This document shows, one piece after another, positions 31,388 through 39,489 of a stretch of 64,000 nt of DNA. The stretch is taken from the NCBI GenBank assembly GCA_037142555.1, contig JBAXAJ010000001.1:104423-168422 (forward strand). Direction: 5' to 3'. The stretch is from Candidatus Shapirobacteria bacterium. GTDB taxonomy: Bacteria; Patescibacteriota; Microgenomatia; UBA12405. Made by a program: the position numbers and the translations under genes. Numbering within the stretch: the stretch's first letter is position 1; each line of letters begins with the position of its first letter. The notes beneath the pieces are model-generated. The model was not told the DNA's origin, did not search any database, and saw only the letters and a program-made list of their open reading frames with translations.

Positions 31388-31873
31388 ATGAAACATCGTA
31401 TTTTTGGAAAAAAACTAGGTAGAAACCACAACGAACGTAAAGCTCTCTTTACTTCTATGACTAGAAGTATGTTCACTCATGGAAGCATTAAAACTACTGA
31501 AGCTAAAGCTAAAGCAGTCGTTTCCTTAGTTGAAAGATTATCTAATGTAATCATCACTAAATCAGAACTAACTGCTAAGCGTGAATTATTCAGATATCTT
31601 CAAGATCAAACTTGGGTGAACAATGTTTGTGCCACTTTTAAAGCCACTTTTGGTGAACAATCTTCAAATTTCACCAGAATTAAGAGAATTAAATATAGAT
31701 ATGGTGACAATGCTCTAGTTGTAAGTTTAAGTTTCGTTAAAGAAATTAAATTCGAAACCAAAAAACCTAAAGTCGAAAAAGAAGAAAAAGCTGATAAAAA
31801 AGCAGTTAAAAAAATTGTCAAAACAGAAAAGAAAGCAATCAAAAAACCAGTTGTTAAAAAGGAGAAAAAATAA
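31388..31873 (+). CDS. rplQ: 50S ribosomal protein L17 (with a Lys-rich C-terminal extension)
   Basis: MKHRIFGKKLGRNHNERKALF… L17 N-terminus. Confidence 0.9.
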   Translation: MKHRIFGKKLGRNHNERKALFTSMTRSMFTHGSIKTTEAKAKAVVSLVERLSNVIITKSELTAKRELFRYLQDQTWVNNVCATFKATFGEQSSNFTRIKRIKYRYGDNALVVSLSFVKEIKFETKKPKVEKEEKADKKAVKKIVKTEKKAIKKPVVKKEKK

Positions 31874-32295
31874 TGAAAGCAAAAACTACAGTATTAAAAG
31901 GCAGTCATGTTGACAGAAGTTGGCATTTAGTTGATCTTAAAGGTAAAACTCTAGGTCGTGTTTGCAGTGAAATTGCTCAAATCCTTATGGGTAAAGATAA
32001 AATAACTTTTTCCTATCATCGTGATGATGGTGATTATGTTGTTGCCATCAATTCTTCAGAAATTGTCACTACTGGTAAAAAATTAAAAGATAAAATTTAT
32101 TATCACCACACAGCTTGGTCTGGTCATTTAAAAGAAGCCACTCTAGGTGAATTATTAAAAAAAGATTCTCGAAAAGTTATTTCTCATGGTGTCTATGGAA
32201 TGCTTCCAAAAAACAAACTCCGTGATGTCAGAATGACTAGATTAAAAATTTTTGTTGGTGAAGAACATAAATACGCCGACAAGTTCACTAAATAA
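31873..32295 (+). CDS. rplM: 50S ribosomal protein L13
   Basis: …WHLVDLKGKTLGRVCSEIAQILMGK… L13 motif. Confidence 0.95.
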   Translation: MKAKTTVLKGSHVDRSWHLVDLKGKTLGRVCSEIAQILMGKDKITFSYHRDDGDYVVAINSSEIVTTGKKLKDKIYYHHTAWSGHLKEATLGELLKKDSRKVISHGVYGMLPKNKLRDVRMTRLKIFVGEEHKYADKFTK

Positions 32296-32299
32296 AGCT

Positions 32300-32710
32300 A
32301 TGGTTAAAAAAACTAATTTAAATAAATACACTTACGCAGTTGGTCGACGTAAATCAGCCATTGCTACTATTAAACTTTTCCCAGGAAAAGGTGATTCATT
32401 AGTCAATAAAATGGCTGTTGATAAATACTTCCCAGGTGCTACCGACAAGATTAACTATAATAAACCTTTTGTGATTACTGAAACTCTTGGTAAGTTCTAT
32501 TTCGAAGCCAAAGTCATCGGTGGTGGAAAACAAGGTCAAGTTGAATCTTTGATGTTAGCAACTTCCAGAGCTCTTTTTAAACAAAATGAAACTCTTAAAC
32601 CAGTTTTAAGACAAGCAGGACTATTAACTGTCGATTCACGAGTCAGAGAAAGAAGAATGGTTGGAACCGGTGGAAAATCTCGCCGACAAAAACAATCTCC
32701 AAAGCGTTAA
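32300..32710 (+). CDS. rpsI: 30S ribosomal protein S9
   Basis: C-terminal …GGKSRRQKQSPKR S9 signature. ATG at 32300 follows the rplM stop at 32293-32295; the 32252 start in the ORF track is an overcall. Confidence 0.9.
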   Translation: MVKKTNLNKYTYAVGRRKSAIATIKLFPGKGDSLVNKMAVDKYFPGATDKINYNKPFVITETLGKFYFEAKVIGGGKQGQVESLMLATSRALFKQNETLKPVLRQAGLLTVDSRVRERRMVGTGGKSRRQKQSPKR

Positions 32711-32732
32711 GCAATATATTTTGTCTTTCCAA

Positions 32733-32760
32733 ATCCCTCACTCCTGTGGGGGATTTTTGT
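32733..32760 (+). terminator. Rho-independent terminator at the end of the ribosomal super-operon
   Basis: atccctcac-tcct-gtgggggat 9-bp stem followed by ttttgtttt. Confidence 0.65.
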
Positions 32761-32767
32761 TTTCTCT

Positions 32768-32830
32768 TATTGACAATATTTTCTATAATGTCTATCTTTA
32801 AATAACATTTAATATTTTATTTAAAAATAG
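32768..32830 (+). promoter_or_regulatory. Conserved upstream element (copy 1 of 3) with TTGACA and a TTAAATaacATTTAA palindrome
   Basis: Near-identical ~60-bp elements precede genes A, C and D; the palindrome lies at 32798-32812. Confidence 0.55.
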
Positions 32831-33796
32831 ATGAAAACATCCTCAATCGCCAAATTTTTAGTAGTAGCTCTAGTTCTAGGAGCTGGTGTGACCTTTGGAA
32901 CTCAAATGGTTCAAAAGAACCAAGAAAACCGAAGTCAAGCATTTGTTCCAGTAGCTGTTTGGGGATTAATATTAGTAGGAGATGCGATAGCTACTTGGAT
33001 TGCCACTCACCCAGATGCAACTCAGGCAATCGGTGAAGCAGCTTCTGAGACAGCGGGAGGAGTAGTGGATCTTTTAGACGATCCTGCAAATCCAGAGAGA
33101 CAAAGAATAATTGATGCAAATGCAGCAGCTTTAAAGTGTCCTGCTGGTTCAAAATATGAATGTCCTCCACTCACTTCACGGGGCGAAGGACCACCATGTG
33201 GTTGCAATAATAATGGTACTTGGACTCCAGTCTTAGTTAAAAAAGATGGTAAGTGTAGTACTAAAAATTATAATACTTGTGAATATGGTGCTGTTTATGA
33301 TAATTTAAAAGACACTACAACACAAGTTCTATGGCAATGTAAGGGTTCTGTTGGTGGCCAAACTGATTTTTGTACTGCGAACAAACCAAAAATCAATGGT
33401 ATTTGTTCTACAACAAAAAATAAATGTACTAAAGGAAAATATTCAGAACTTAAAGACACTGAAGATTATTATTATTGGATGTGTAATGGCACAGCCAATG
33501 GAACATCAGCTAAGTGTCATTCTTCAAAACCTAATAAAGTCAATGGCATTTGTTCAAACACAAAATATTCTTGTTCTAGCGGGACAGTAGTTAATAAAGT
33601 TGACACTACAATTGCCTACAAATGGAGCTGTAAAGGATCTAATGGTGGAAGCCAAACTCCTTGTGATGTAGATAAGCCTGGTGCTTGTGGTAAAACAAAG
33701 AATTCATGTTCTGCTGGTAAGTGGACTGATGTCACTGACACCACAGCTGCTTATAAATGGAAATGTGCAAATATTATTTGTAGTCTTAAAAAATGA
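32831..33796 (+). CDS. Secreted/membrane-anchored cysteine-rich repeat protein, paralog A (321 aa)
   Basis: N-terminal MK..IAKFLVVALVLGAGV.FGTQMVQKNQENRS module shared with B-D. The C-terminus carries repeated C-x5-C-x2-GK(Y/W)-x5-DT-x3-YKWKC modules. The stop overlaps the B start (ATGA). Confidence 0.8.
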   Translation: MKTSSIAKFLVVALVLGAGVTFGTQMVQKNQENRSQAFVPVAVWGLILVGDAIATWIATHPDATQAIGEAASETAGGVVDLLDDPANPERQRIIDANAAALKCPAGSKYECPPLTSRGEGPPCGCNNNGTWTPVLVKKDGKCSTKNYNTCEYGAVYDNLKDTTTQVLWQCKGSVGGQTDFCTANKPKINGICSTTKNKCTKGKYSELKDTEDYYYWMCNGTANGTSAKCHSSKPNKVNGICSNTKYSCSSGTVVNKVDTTIAYKWSCKGSNGGSQTPCDVDKPGACGKTKNSCSAGKWTDVTDTTAAYKWKCANIICSLKK

Positions 33797-34644
33797 AAAA
33801 ATTTAAAATAGCCAAATTTCTTGTAATAGCTTTAGTTCTAGGAGGAGGTCTTTTTTATGGAACCCAAATGGTTCAAAAAAATCAAGAAAACAGAAGTAAT
33901 GCTGCCGGGGGAGCTTTGGTAGCTGAAGGTATCGGAAAATTAGTTGCACCTTACGCAAAAGAGGCAATAAAGGGGTTAAAAGGTAATGACCCAATGCCAA
34001 CAGAAATTTATAAAAGTGGCACTGCTGTATGTGGTTTAAAAAGTTCATGTGAATCTGGGACATATGCACCTTTCTCTAGTGATGATAAGGAAATAAAATG
34101 GACTTGTCAAAAAGGTACTGGACTTAAGCTATTATGCAAGTATATAAAACCTAAAGTTGATGGTCTCTGTTCCACAGATAGAAATAAATGTAGGGCAGGA
34201 ACATTTAAAGAGTCTAAAGACAGTGAAGACCACTATTATTGGCTTTGTGAAGGAATAAATGGTGGATCATCACCATTATGTAATAAACCCAAACTAGTTT
34301 CTCGTGGTGGCACCGACAGACCAATCAAAGGTGTTTGTGGCGAAACAAAAAATTCATGTTCTACTGGTAAGTGGTCTGAAACCACTGACACCACAACTGC
34401 TTATAAATGGAAATGCAATACAACAGTTTGTTTAAAAGACAAAGCTCCTCTATGTGGTGTTTATGCTTTTGATGGTAAACCTATCAAAACAGCTTCTTGT
34501 TATGTTGGTAGTTTAGACAGACCAAACTTCGGACTAGCAATTTATGATGTCACTATTAATGGTAAAAAATATAAAGCATGGTATTGTAAAAACGGTAGTA
34601 GTAAAGTTTCCTGCACAAACAAAACGCCTGTCATAAACTATTAA
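33793..34644 (+). CDS. Cysteine-rich repeat protein, paralog B (283 aa)
   Basis: Shared N-terminal module; the C-terminal ~80 aa are near-identical to C at the DNA level. Confidence 0.8.
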   Translation: MKKFKIAKFLVIALVLGGGLFYGTQMVQKNQENRSNAAGGALVAEGIGKLVAPYAKEAIKGLKGNDPMPTEIYKSGTAVCGLKSSCESGTYAPFSSDDKEIKWTCQKGTGLKLLCKYIKPKVDGLCSTDRNKCRAGTFKESKDSEDHYYWLCEGINGGSSPLCNKPKLVSRGGTDRPIKGVCGETKNSCSTGKWSETTDTTTAYKWKCNTTVCLKDKAPLCGVYAFDGKPIKTASCYVGSLDRPNFGLAIYDVTINGKKYKAWYCKNGSSKVSCTNKTPVINY

Positions 34645-34685
34645 ATTCAAATTTTTTCCAAAAACAAAGCTTATTTACACTAATC

Positions 34686-34748
34686 ATTGACAAAGTTTCA
34701 AATTATATCTATCTTTAAATAACATTTAACAATCTTATTTAAAAATAT
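34686..34748 (+). promoter_or_regulatory. Conserved upstream element (copy 2) with the palindrome at 34715-34729
   Basis: ttgacaaagtttcaaattatatctatctttaaataacatttaacaatcttatttaaaaatat, about 90% identical to copy 3. Confidence 0.55.
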
Positions 34749-35606
34749 ATGAAAAAACTAGGAATAGCCAAATTTTTGGTCATAGCCTTAGTTCTAGGTG
34801 GTGGATTAATTTATGGAACCCAAATGGTTCAAAAGAACCAAGAAAATAGAAGCAAAGCCGCTGAATATGGTAAAACATATAATAATGGAGATGTTATTTG
34901 TGGTGTATCTATACCAGCTGATTGGAGAGGATTAGCAAAATGGAAGCTTCCAAGTGAAATATCTGACGCGGCTGTTGATGAATTTGAAAATGCAGTTTTT
35001 AAATGTAACAAAGATAAATGTACTTTCTCAACTGATTCTATAGGTGACTGGCAATATCTTGAATTTTGTGGCCCAGTTGCAAATACTAGGAAATCTTGCC
35101 AAGAAATAAATGGAGTTAATGCTTCTTGTAAAAATATTGAGGGTGCTTGTGCTTCTAAATTAAATACTTGTCAAAATGGAAAGTTTAAAGATACTGCTGA
35201 CACTCCAACTGAATATAAATGGAATTGTGAAGGAGTTTCAATTTTAGGTGGTACCACAAGTGGTACCACAGCATCTTGTTCTATAAAAAAACAAGTTTGT
35301 GGTGCCAACAGAAATACTTGTAAAATTGGTAAATATTCAAAACTGGATGACACTAACAACCAATATAAATGGAAATGCAATACAACAGTTTGTTTAAAAG
35401 ACAAAGCTCCTCTATGTGGTGTTTATGCTTTTGATGGTAAACCTATCAAAACAGCTTCTTGTTATGTTGGTAGTTTAGACAGACCAAACTTCGGACTAGC
35501 AATTTATGATGTCACTATTAATGGTAAAAAATATAAAGCATGGTATTGTAAAAACGGTAGTAGTAAAGTTTCCTGCACAAACAAAACACCATCTATAAAC
35601 TATTAA
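34749..35606 (+). CDS. Cysteine-rich repeat protein, paralog C (285 aa)
   Basis: Shared N-terminal module, a different middle region, and a C-terminus shared with B. Confidence 0.8.
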   Translation: MKKLGIAKFLVIALVLGGGLIYGTQMVQKNQENRSKAAEYGKTYNNGDVICGVSIPADWRGLAKWKLPSEISDAAVDEFENAVFKCNKDKCTFSTDSIGDWQYLEFCGPVANTRKSCQEINGVNASCKNIEGACASKLNTCQNGKFKDTADTPTEYKWNCEGVSILGGTTSGTTASCSIKKQVCGANRNTCKIGKYSKLDDTNNQYKWKCNTTVCLKDKAPLCGVYAFDGKPIKTASCYVGSLDRPNFGLAIYDVTINGKKYKAWYCKNGSSKVSCTNKTPSINY

Positions 35607-35685
35607 ATTAAAATTTTTTCCAGAAAAAACTGAAATTATTATTCTTTCGAATATTTAACATCAGTCATTGTTTCTTTTGCTAATA

Positions 35686-35747
35686 ATTGACAAAGTTTCA
35701 AATTATATATATCTTTAAATAACATTTAACAAATTTATTTAAAAAAA
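35686..35747 (+). promoter_or_regulatory. Conserved upstream element (copy 3) with the palindrome at 35715-35729; an A8 tract directly abuts the ATG
   Basis: ttgacaaagtttcaaattatatatatctttaaataacatttaacaaatttatttaaaaaaaatg. Confidence 0.55.
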
Positions 35748-36632
35748 ATGAAAAAATTAGGAATAGCAAAATTTTTAGTAATGGCTCTAGTTCTAGGCGG
35801 TGGATTAATTTATGGAACTCAAATGGTTCAAAAGAACCAAGAGAACAGAAGTAAAGCCGCTAATGAAATTACAACACAAGATGGACCCTGTGGTTCTACT
35901 GCTAATGTATGTCTTGATGGGAGACCTGCAACTAACATAACTTCAGACGCTGTTAAGAACAACTGGAAATGCCCATATAATGGAGGATTCGCTAGTTGTG
36001 TATTAATTAAACCAGGTGAATGTGGCACTAAAGCATATGGTGATTGTGTTGCTGGAAAATATCAAAATATAAATGGCACTAACACTCAATGGAAATGTGC
36101 TAATGTTACTTGCTCTATCCCAAAAACTGCAATACCAAAAGGACCTTGCGGTTCTACTGCTAATGTATGTCTTAATGGTGGATCTGCAACCAACATAACT
36201 TCAGATGCTGTTAAGAGCAACTGGAAATGCCCATATAATGGAGGATTAGCTAGTTGTATTTTAATTAAACCAGGTAAATGTGGTACTAAGTCGTATGGTG
36301 ATTGTATTAGTGGAACATATCAAAATATAAATGGCACTAACACTCAATGGAAATGTGCTAATGTTACTTGCTCTATGCCAAAAGTAGTTACAGCACCAAA
36401 AGGACCTTGTAGTACTACTGCCAATAAATGTGTTGATGGGAGACCTGCAACCAACATAACTTCAGATGCTGTTAAGAACAACTGGAAATGCCCATATAAT
36501 GGAGGATTCGCTAGTTGTATTTTAATTAAACCAGGCGAATGTGGCATTAAATATGGTAATTGTATTAGTGGAAAATTTGAAAAAATAAACGACATTCAGT
36601 GGAAATGTGCTAATGTTACTTGCTCTCTTTAA
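35748..36632 (+). CDS. Cysteine-rich repeat protein, paralog D (294 aa), built from three ~87-aa tandem repeats
   Basis: Shared N-terminal module. PKGPCGSTANVC…NWKCPYNGG…QWKCANVTCS is repeated three times with ~90% DNA identity. Confidence 0.8.
   Translation: MKKLGIAKFLVMALVLGGGLIYGTQMVQKNQENRSKAANEITTQDGPCGSTANVCLDGRPATNITSDAVKNNWKCPYNGGFASCVLIKPGECGTKAYGDCVAGKYQNINGTNTQWKCANVTCSIPKTAIPKGPCGSTANVCLNGGSATNITSDAVKSNWKCPYNGGLASCILIKPGKCGTKSYGDCISGTYQNINGTNTQWKCANVTCSMPKVVTAPKGPCSTTANKCVDGRPATNITSDAVKNNWKCPYNGGFASCILIKPGECGIKYGNCISGKFEKINDIQWKCANVTCSL
35880..36632 (+). repeat. Three tandem ~260-bp repeats inside paralog D
   Basis: 35883-36140, 36141-36407 and 36408-36629 align base by base with few substitutions. 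Confidence 0.8.
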
Positions 36633-36658
36633 AAACAATAAATACTTTGTCTATTCAA

Positions 36659-36693
36659 ATCCCTTCCCTCCACTATGGGAGGGGATTTTTGTT
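36659..36693 (+). terminator. Rho-independent terminator after the cysteine-rich cluster
   Basis: atcccttccctcc-acta-tgggaggggat followed by ttttgttt; its sequence resembles the terminator at 32733. Confidence 0.55.
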
Positions 36694-36716
36694 TAATTTA
36701 TTGTTAAAATAATTCT

Positions 36717-37466
36717 ATGACTTTAATCCAATCAATCATTTTAAGTATAGTTCAAGGCATATCTGAATTTTTGCCAATTTCATCATCTGGTCATTTAAAC
36801 CTTTTTCAGTATCTTTTTAATCTCCAACCATCCTTAACTTTAGACATTTTTCTCAATACTGCCACTTTTGTTTCAGTTTTGTTTTTTTTCAGAAAACAAC
36901 TAAACTATTTTTTTAAAAATCTAAAATACATCATTGTTGCTTCAATTCCAGCTGCTCTAGTCGGAATTTTCCTAAAAGATCAAGTTGAATCAATTTTTGC
37001 CGACATAAATTTATTACCATCTTTCTTCCTAATCACCGCCGCTCTCGTCTTTTCTACAAAATATTTAAATGGTAAATCTCAAAAATTAGACTACAAAAAA
37101 GCTTTGGTTATTGGATTTTTTCAAGCCATAGCCATTCTTCCAGCAATTTCTCGTTCTGGAGCCACCATTTTTGCTGCTCTTTTACTAGGCTTAGCGCCTA
37201 TAGAAGCGTTCAAATTCTCTTTTTGCTTATTCATTCCAGCTTCACTTGGAGCTTTGCTTTTAAGTGCTAAAGATCTCAAGGGCGCTAATTTTTTTGAACC
37301 AAACTATTTAATTGCTTTTGTAGTCACTACAATTGTCGGGATAATCGCTCTAAATATTCTTCAAAAAGTATTAATTGGTAAAAAACTTTGGATTTTTGGA
37401 TTTTACACTCTAATCATTGCCATTGTTACTTTCATCCTCTTAACATTCACCGGTTCTGCCGTTTAA
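36717..37466 (+). CDS. uppP: Undecaprenyl-diphosphatase
   Basis: GISEFLPISSSGHL signature and a PAISRSGATI second motif; 249 aa membrane protein. Confidence 0.85.
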   Translation: MTLIQSIILSIVQGISEFLPISSSGHLNLFQYLFNLQPSLTLDIFLNTATFVSVLFFFRKQLNYFFKNLKYIIVASIPAALVGIFLKDQVESIFADINLLPSFFLITAALVFSTKYLNGKSQKLDYKKALVIGFFQAIAILPAISRSGATIFAALLLGLAPIEAFKFSFCLFIPASLGALLLSAKDLKGANFFEPNYLIAFVVTTIVGIIALNILQKVLIGKKLWIFGFYTLIIAIVTFILLTFTGSAV

Positions 37467-37603
37467 CCTGTCCACACTCAATTTAATCAAGTTCTGTCTA
37501 GCCACTTTAACTATTTTTTTAGTTCTAGCGACCTTATTATCTTTTTTATTCTCAGGTTCAACCTGAAAAACTAATTCATTTTCGTATTGTATATTGTCCA
37601 TAT

Positions 37604-38560
37604 TTATATTTGTCCTGACATAAATTCTTTCCAAATTAAATATAATTCAGAAGTGGCAGTTGCATCTCTGGCCACATAGTCAGCAATTTTATTAAATTCA
37701 CTTTCATTAAAAAGTCGAGTCACATCATCTCCATGAACTCCTTCTTCTTTTGGATTTTCAATTCCAAAAGCCTTACAAATCATTTCTAGTTTAAAACTAC
37801 GGCCATTTTGTCTTATTCTGTTGGCCAAATCAATTGATTTATCAAATCCCCATTTTTTAATTTCAAATGGCATTTTTACTCGATTAATTCCTGATCGAAT
37901 CATTAAGAAAGGAAAATCAAAACCATCACCATTGTAAGTCACAAATTCTTCATAATTAGGTGTAATTTTCCAAAATTCTTCTAATAGCTCTTTTTCAGTT
38001 TTAAAAGTTTTATAAACAAAGTTTTCTTTCTCTGGCTTAATTTCTTTTGTTGATAGACTTAAAACAATACCAGTTTTTTTACCGATGTCATAAGCACCAA
38101 TTGCACAAACACTTCCAAAAATAGAGTATAAACCAGTTTTTTTCTTAGCTATTTCTTTGTCAGTCTCATTTTTTTCTAGATTATTTAAAAGATAGTCTTT
38201 TTCAACTTCATCCAAATCTTCAAATTTTTTTCCTAAAGTTTCAATATCAAAAACTAAAGTTGGAACAGAAGGGGAGAAATCACTAGCATTTTCACTTTCA
38301 ACAATTTGACAACTATCAATAATTAATCCTACTTTACCGTTATATTCTTGCGTCTTACCATTAACTTCAATAACTTTTCCTTCCTCAAAATTACACATCG
38401 AGATATTATTATTCCAAATTTTAGCTTCAATACAACCATTTATATCGCAAAGTTCAAGAATATAATAATTATCTCCTTTAACTGTTTGTCTAACTTCTTT
38501 GCTTTTAACTACAAAATGTCTGTCTCTAATTAATTCATTTGCTCCAATTTTTATTGCCAT
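37604..38560 (-). CDS. Predicted 3'-5' exonuclease (DEDD/RNase H-like fold, PolB-exo/YprB-like) with an N-terminal OB-fold
   Basis: LVFDIETLG (Exo I) and YNGDGFDFPFL (Exo II, DEDDy-like) motifs. The N-terminus VVKSKEVRQTVKGDNYYILELCDINGCIEAKIW is OB-fold-like. Confidence 0.55.
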   Translation of the reverse strand: MAIKIGANELIRDRHFVVKSKEVRQTVKGDNYYILELCDINGCIEAKIWNNNISMCNFEEGKVIEVNGKTQEYNGKVGLIIDSCQIVESENASDFSPSVPTLVFDIETLGKKFEDLDEVEKDYLLNNLEKNETDKEIAKKKTGLYSIFGSVCAIGAYDIGKKTGIVLSLSTKEIKPEKENFVYKTFKTEKELLEEFWKITPNYEEFVTYNGDGFDFPFLMIRSGINRVKMPFEIKKWGFDKSIDLANRIRQNGRSFKLEMICKAFGIENPKEEGVHGDDVTRLFNESEFNKIADYVARDATATSELYLIWKEFMSGQI

Positions 38561-38623
38561 AAATTGAATTATAACCTAATAACTTCTTTAAAAGAATTAG
38601 TCTTTTAAAATTGTAGAAACAAA

Positions 38624-38920
38624 GTGGTGCTTAATAATTCAAAATATAACATTTTTAATCAAAAATATGCTATTATTTATCGAATGAATGAAAAAGAAAA
38701 TTATAATAAAGCTCATCGTGAAATCGAAGAGATATTAATAAAATCAATCAAAGAAAAAACTAGTCCTGAAGATCGAATGGATACTTTAGATAAATATCTT
38801 GATGACTTAGAAAATAATGATCCTAACACTTTTGAAAAACTATTTAAATCAGAAAACAATCAACCAAACGAATTAATGAAAATTAATCAAAAATATTTTC
38901 CAAATAAGTTAAACAGATAA
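38624..38920 (+). CDS. Hypothetical protein (98 aa)
   Basis: ORF only; no Shine-Dalgarno or similarity evident. Confidence 0.3.
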   Translation: MVLNNSKYNIFNQKYAIIYRMNEKENYNKAHREIEEILIKSIKEKTSPEDRMDTLDKYLDDLENNDPNTFEKLFKSENNQPNELMKINQKYFPNKLNR

Positions 38921-39457
38921 TTAAACTTTGTCTTTTTTAAGTTCTCTGTAAACTAAAATCGTCAAGAGTGCTGTAAACAAATCAAAACAAGAAAAGAAGA
39001 TTAAAAGTGGGGCATGAGTGTGGGTATATCTATATATTTGATAAGAGGCAAATATTATTAAAGTTGTCGCCACCACTGGATAAGCCCAAAGTTTTTTTTG
39101 CAAAAGCATTGTAACCATAAAAATTTTAAGGACTCCATGAGCCAATAAATAAATAGCTCCAAACAAAGTTGCTCCAACTGATAATGTTTGTCCAAAACTT
39201 AAAATATGAGTAGCAATGAAATCATTTGGGTCCTGACTCAGTTCATGCTCAGTTAACATTAAAATAACTTTGTCAATTCTAGTTGAGTTAGACACATAAA
39301 ACAAAATTCCACTACCTAAAATTTCTAAAAATCCATCAATTCCTTTAATAATAATACTGACTTCAAAAATTCTAAAAATTATCTTAGCCGATTTATGCAA
39401 CAATCTTCCAATTTTTTTAAAAATCCCAATAATAAATTTAATTATCTTCATCATCAA
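38921..39457 (-). CDS. Hypothetical small integral membrane protein (178 aa, ~4 TM)
   Basis: Hydrophobicity pattern only. Confidence 0.45.
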   Translation of the reverse strand: MMMKIIKFIIGIFKKIGRLLHKSAKIIFRIFEVSIIIKGIDGFLEILGSGILFYVSNSTRIDKVILMLTEHELSQDPNDFIATHILSFGQTLSVGATLFGAIYLLAHGVLKIFMVTMLLQKKLWAYPVVATTLIIFASYQIYRYTHTHAPLLIFFSCFDLFTALLTILVYRELKKDKV

Positions 39458-39489
39458 ATTTGATTATATAGCAAAAAACTTGATATTAG

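Noticed and set aside
32831-32940. Type IV pilin or sortase-substrate interpretation of the shared N-terminus
   Set aside because: There is no G/FTLIE prepilin motif with Glu at +5 and no C-terminal LPxTG. It looks like a conventional signal peptide or signal anchor with a conserved post-helix segment.
32760-36700. Diversity-generating retroelement (DGR) target hypothesis for the variable cysteine-rich genes
   Set aside because: No reverse transcriptase or template repeat is in the window. The differences between duplicated segments are not adenine-specific, and the B/C shared region is almost identical rather than A-mutagenised.
37440-37634. 64-aa basic minus-strand ORF between uppP and the exonuclease
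   Set aside because: It overlaps both convergent gene ends and has no Shine-Dalgarno. It is kept only as a remark under the exonuclease finding.
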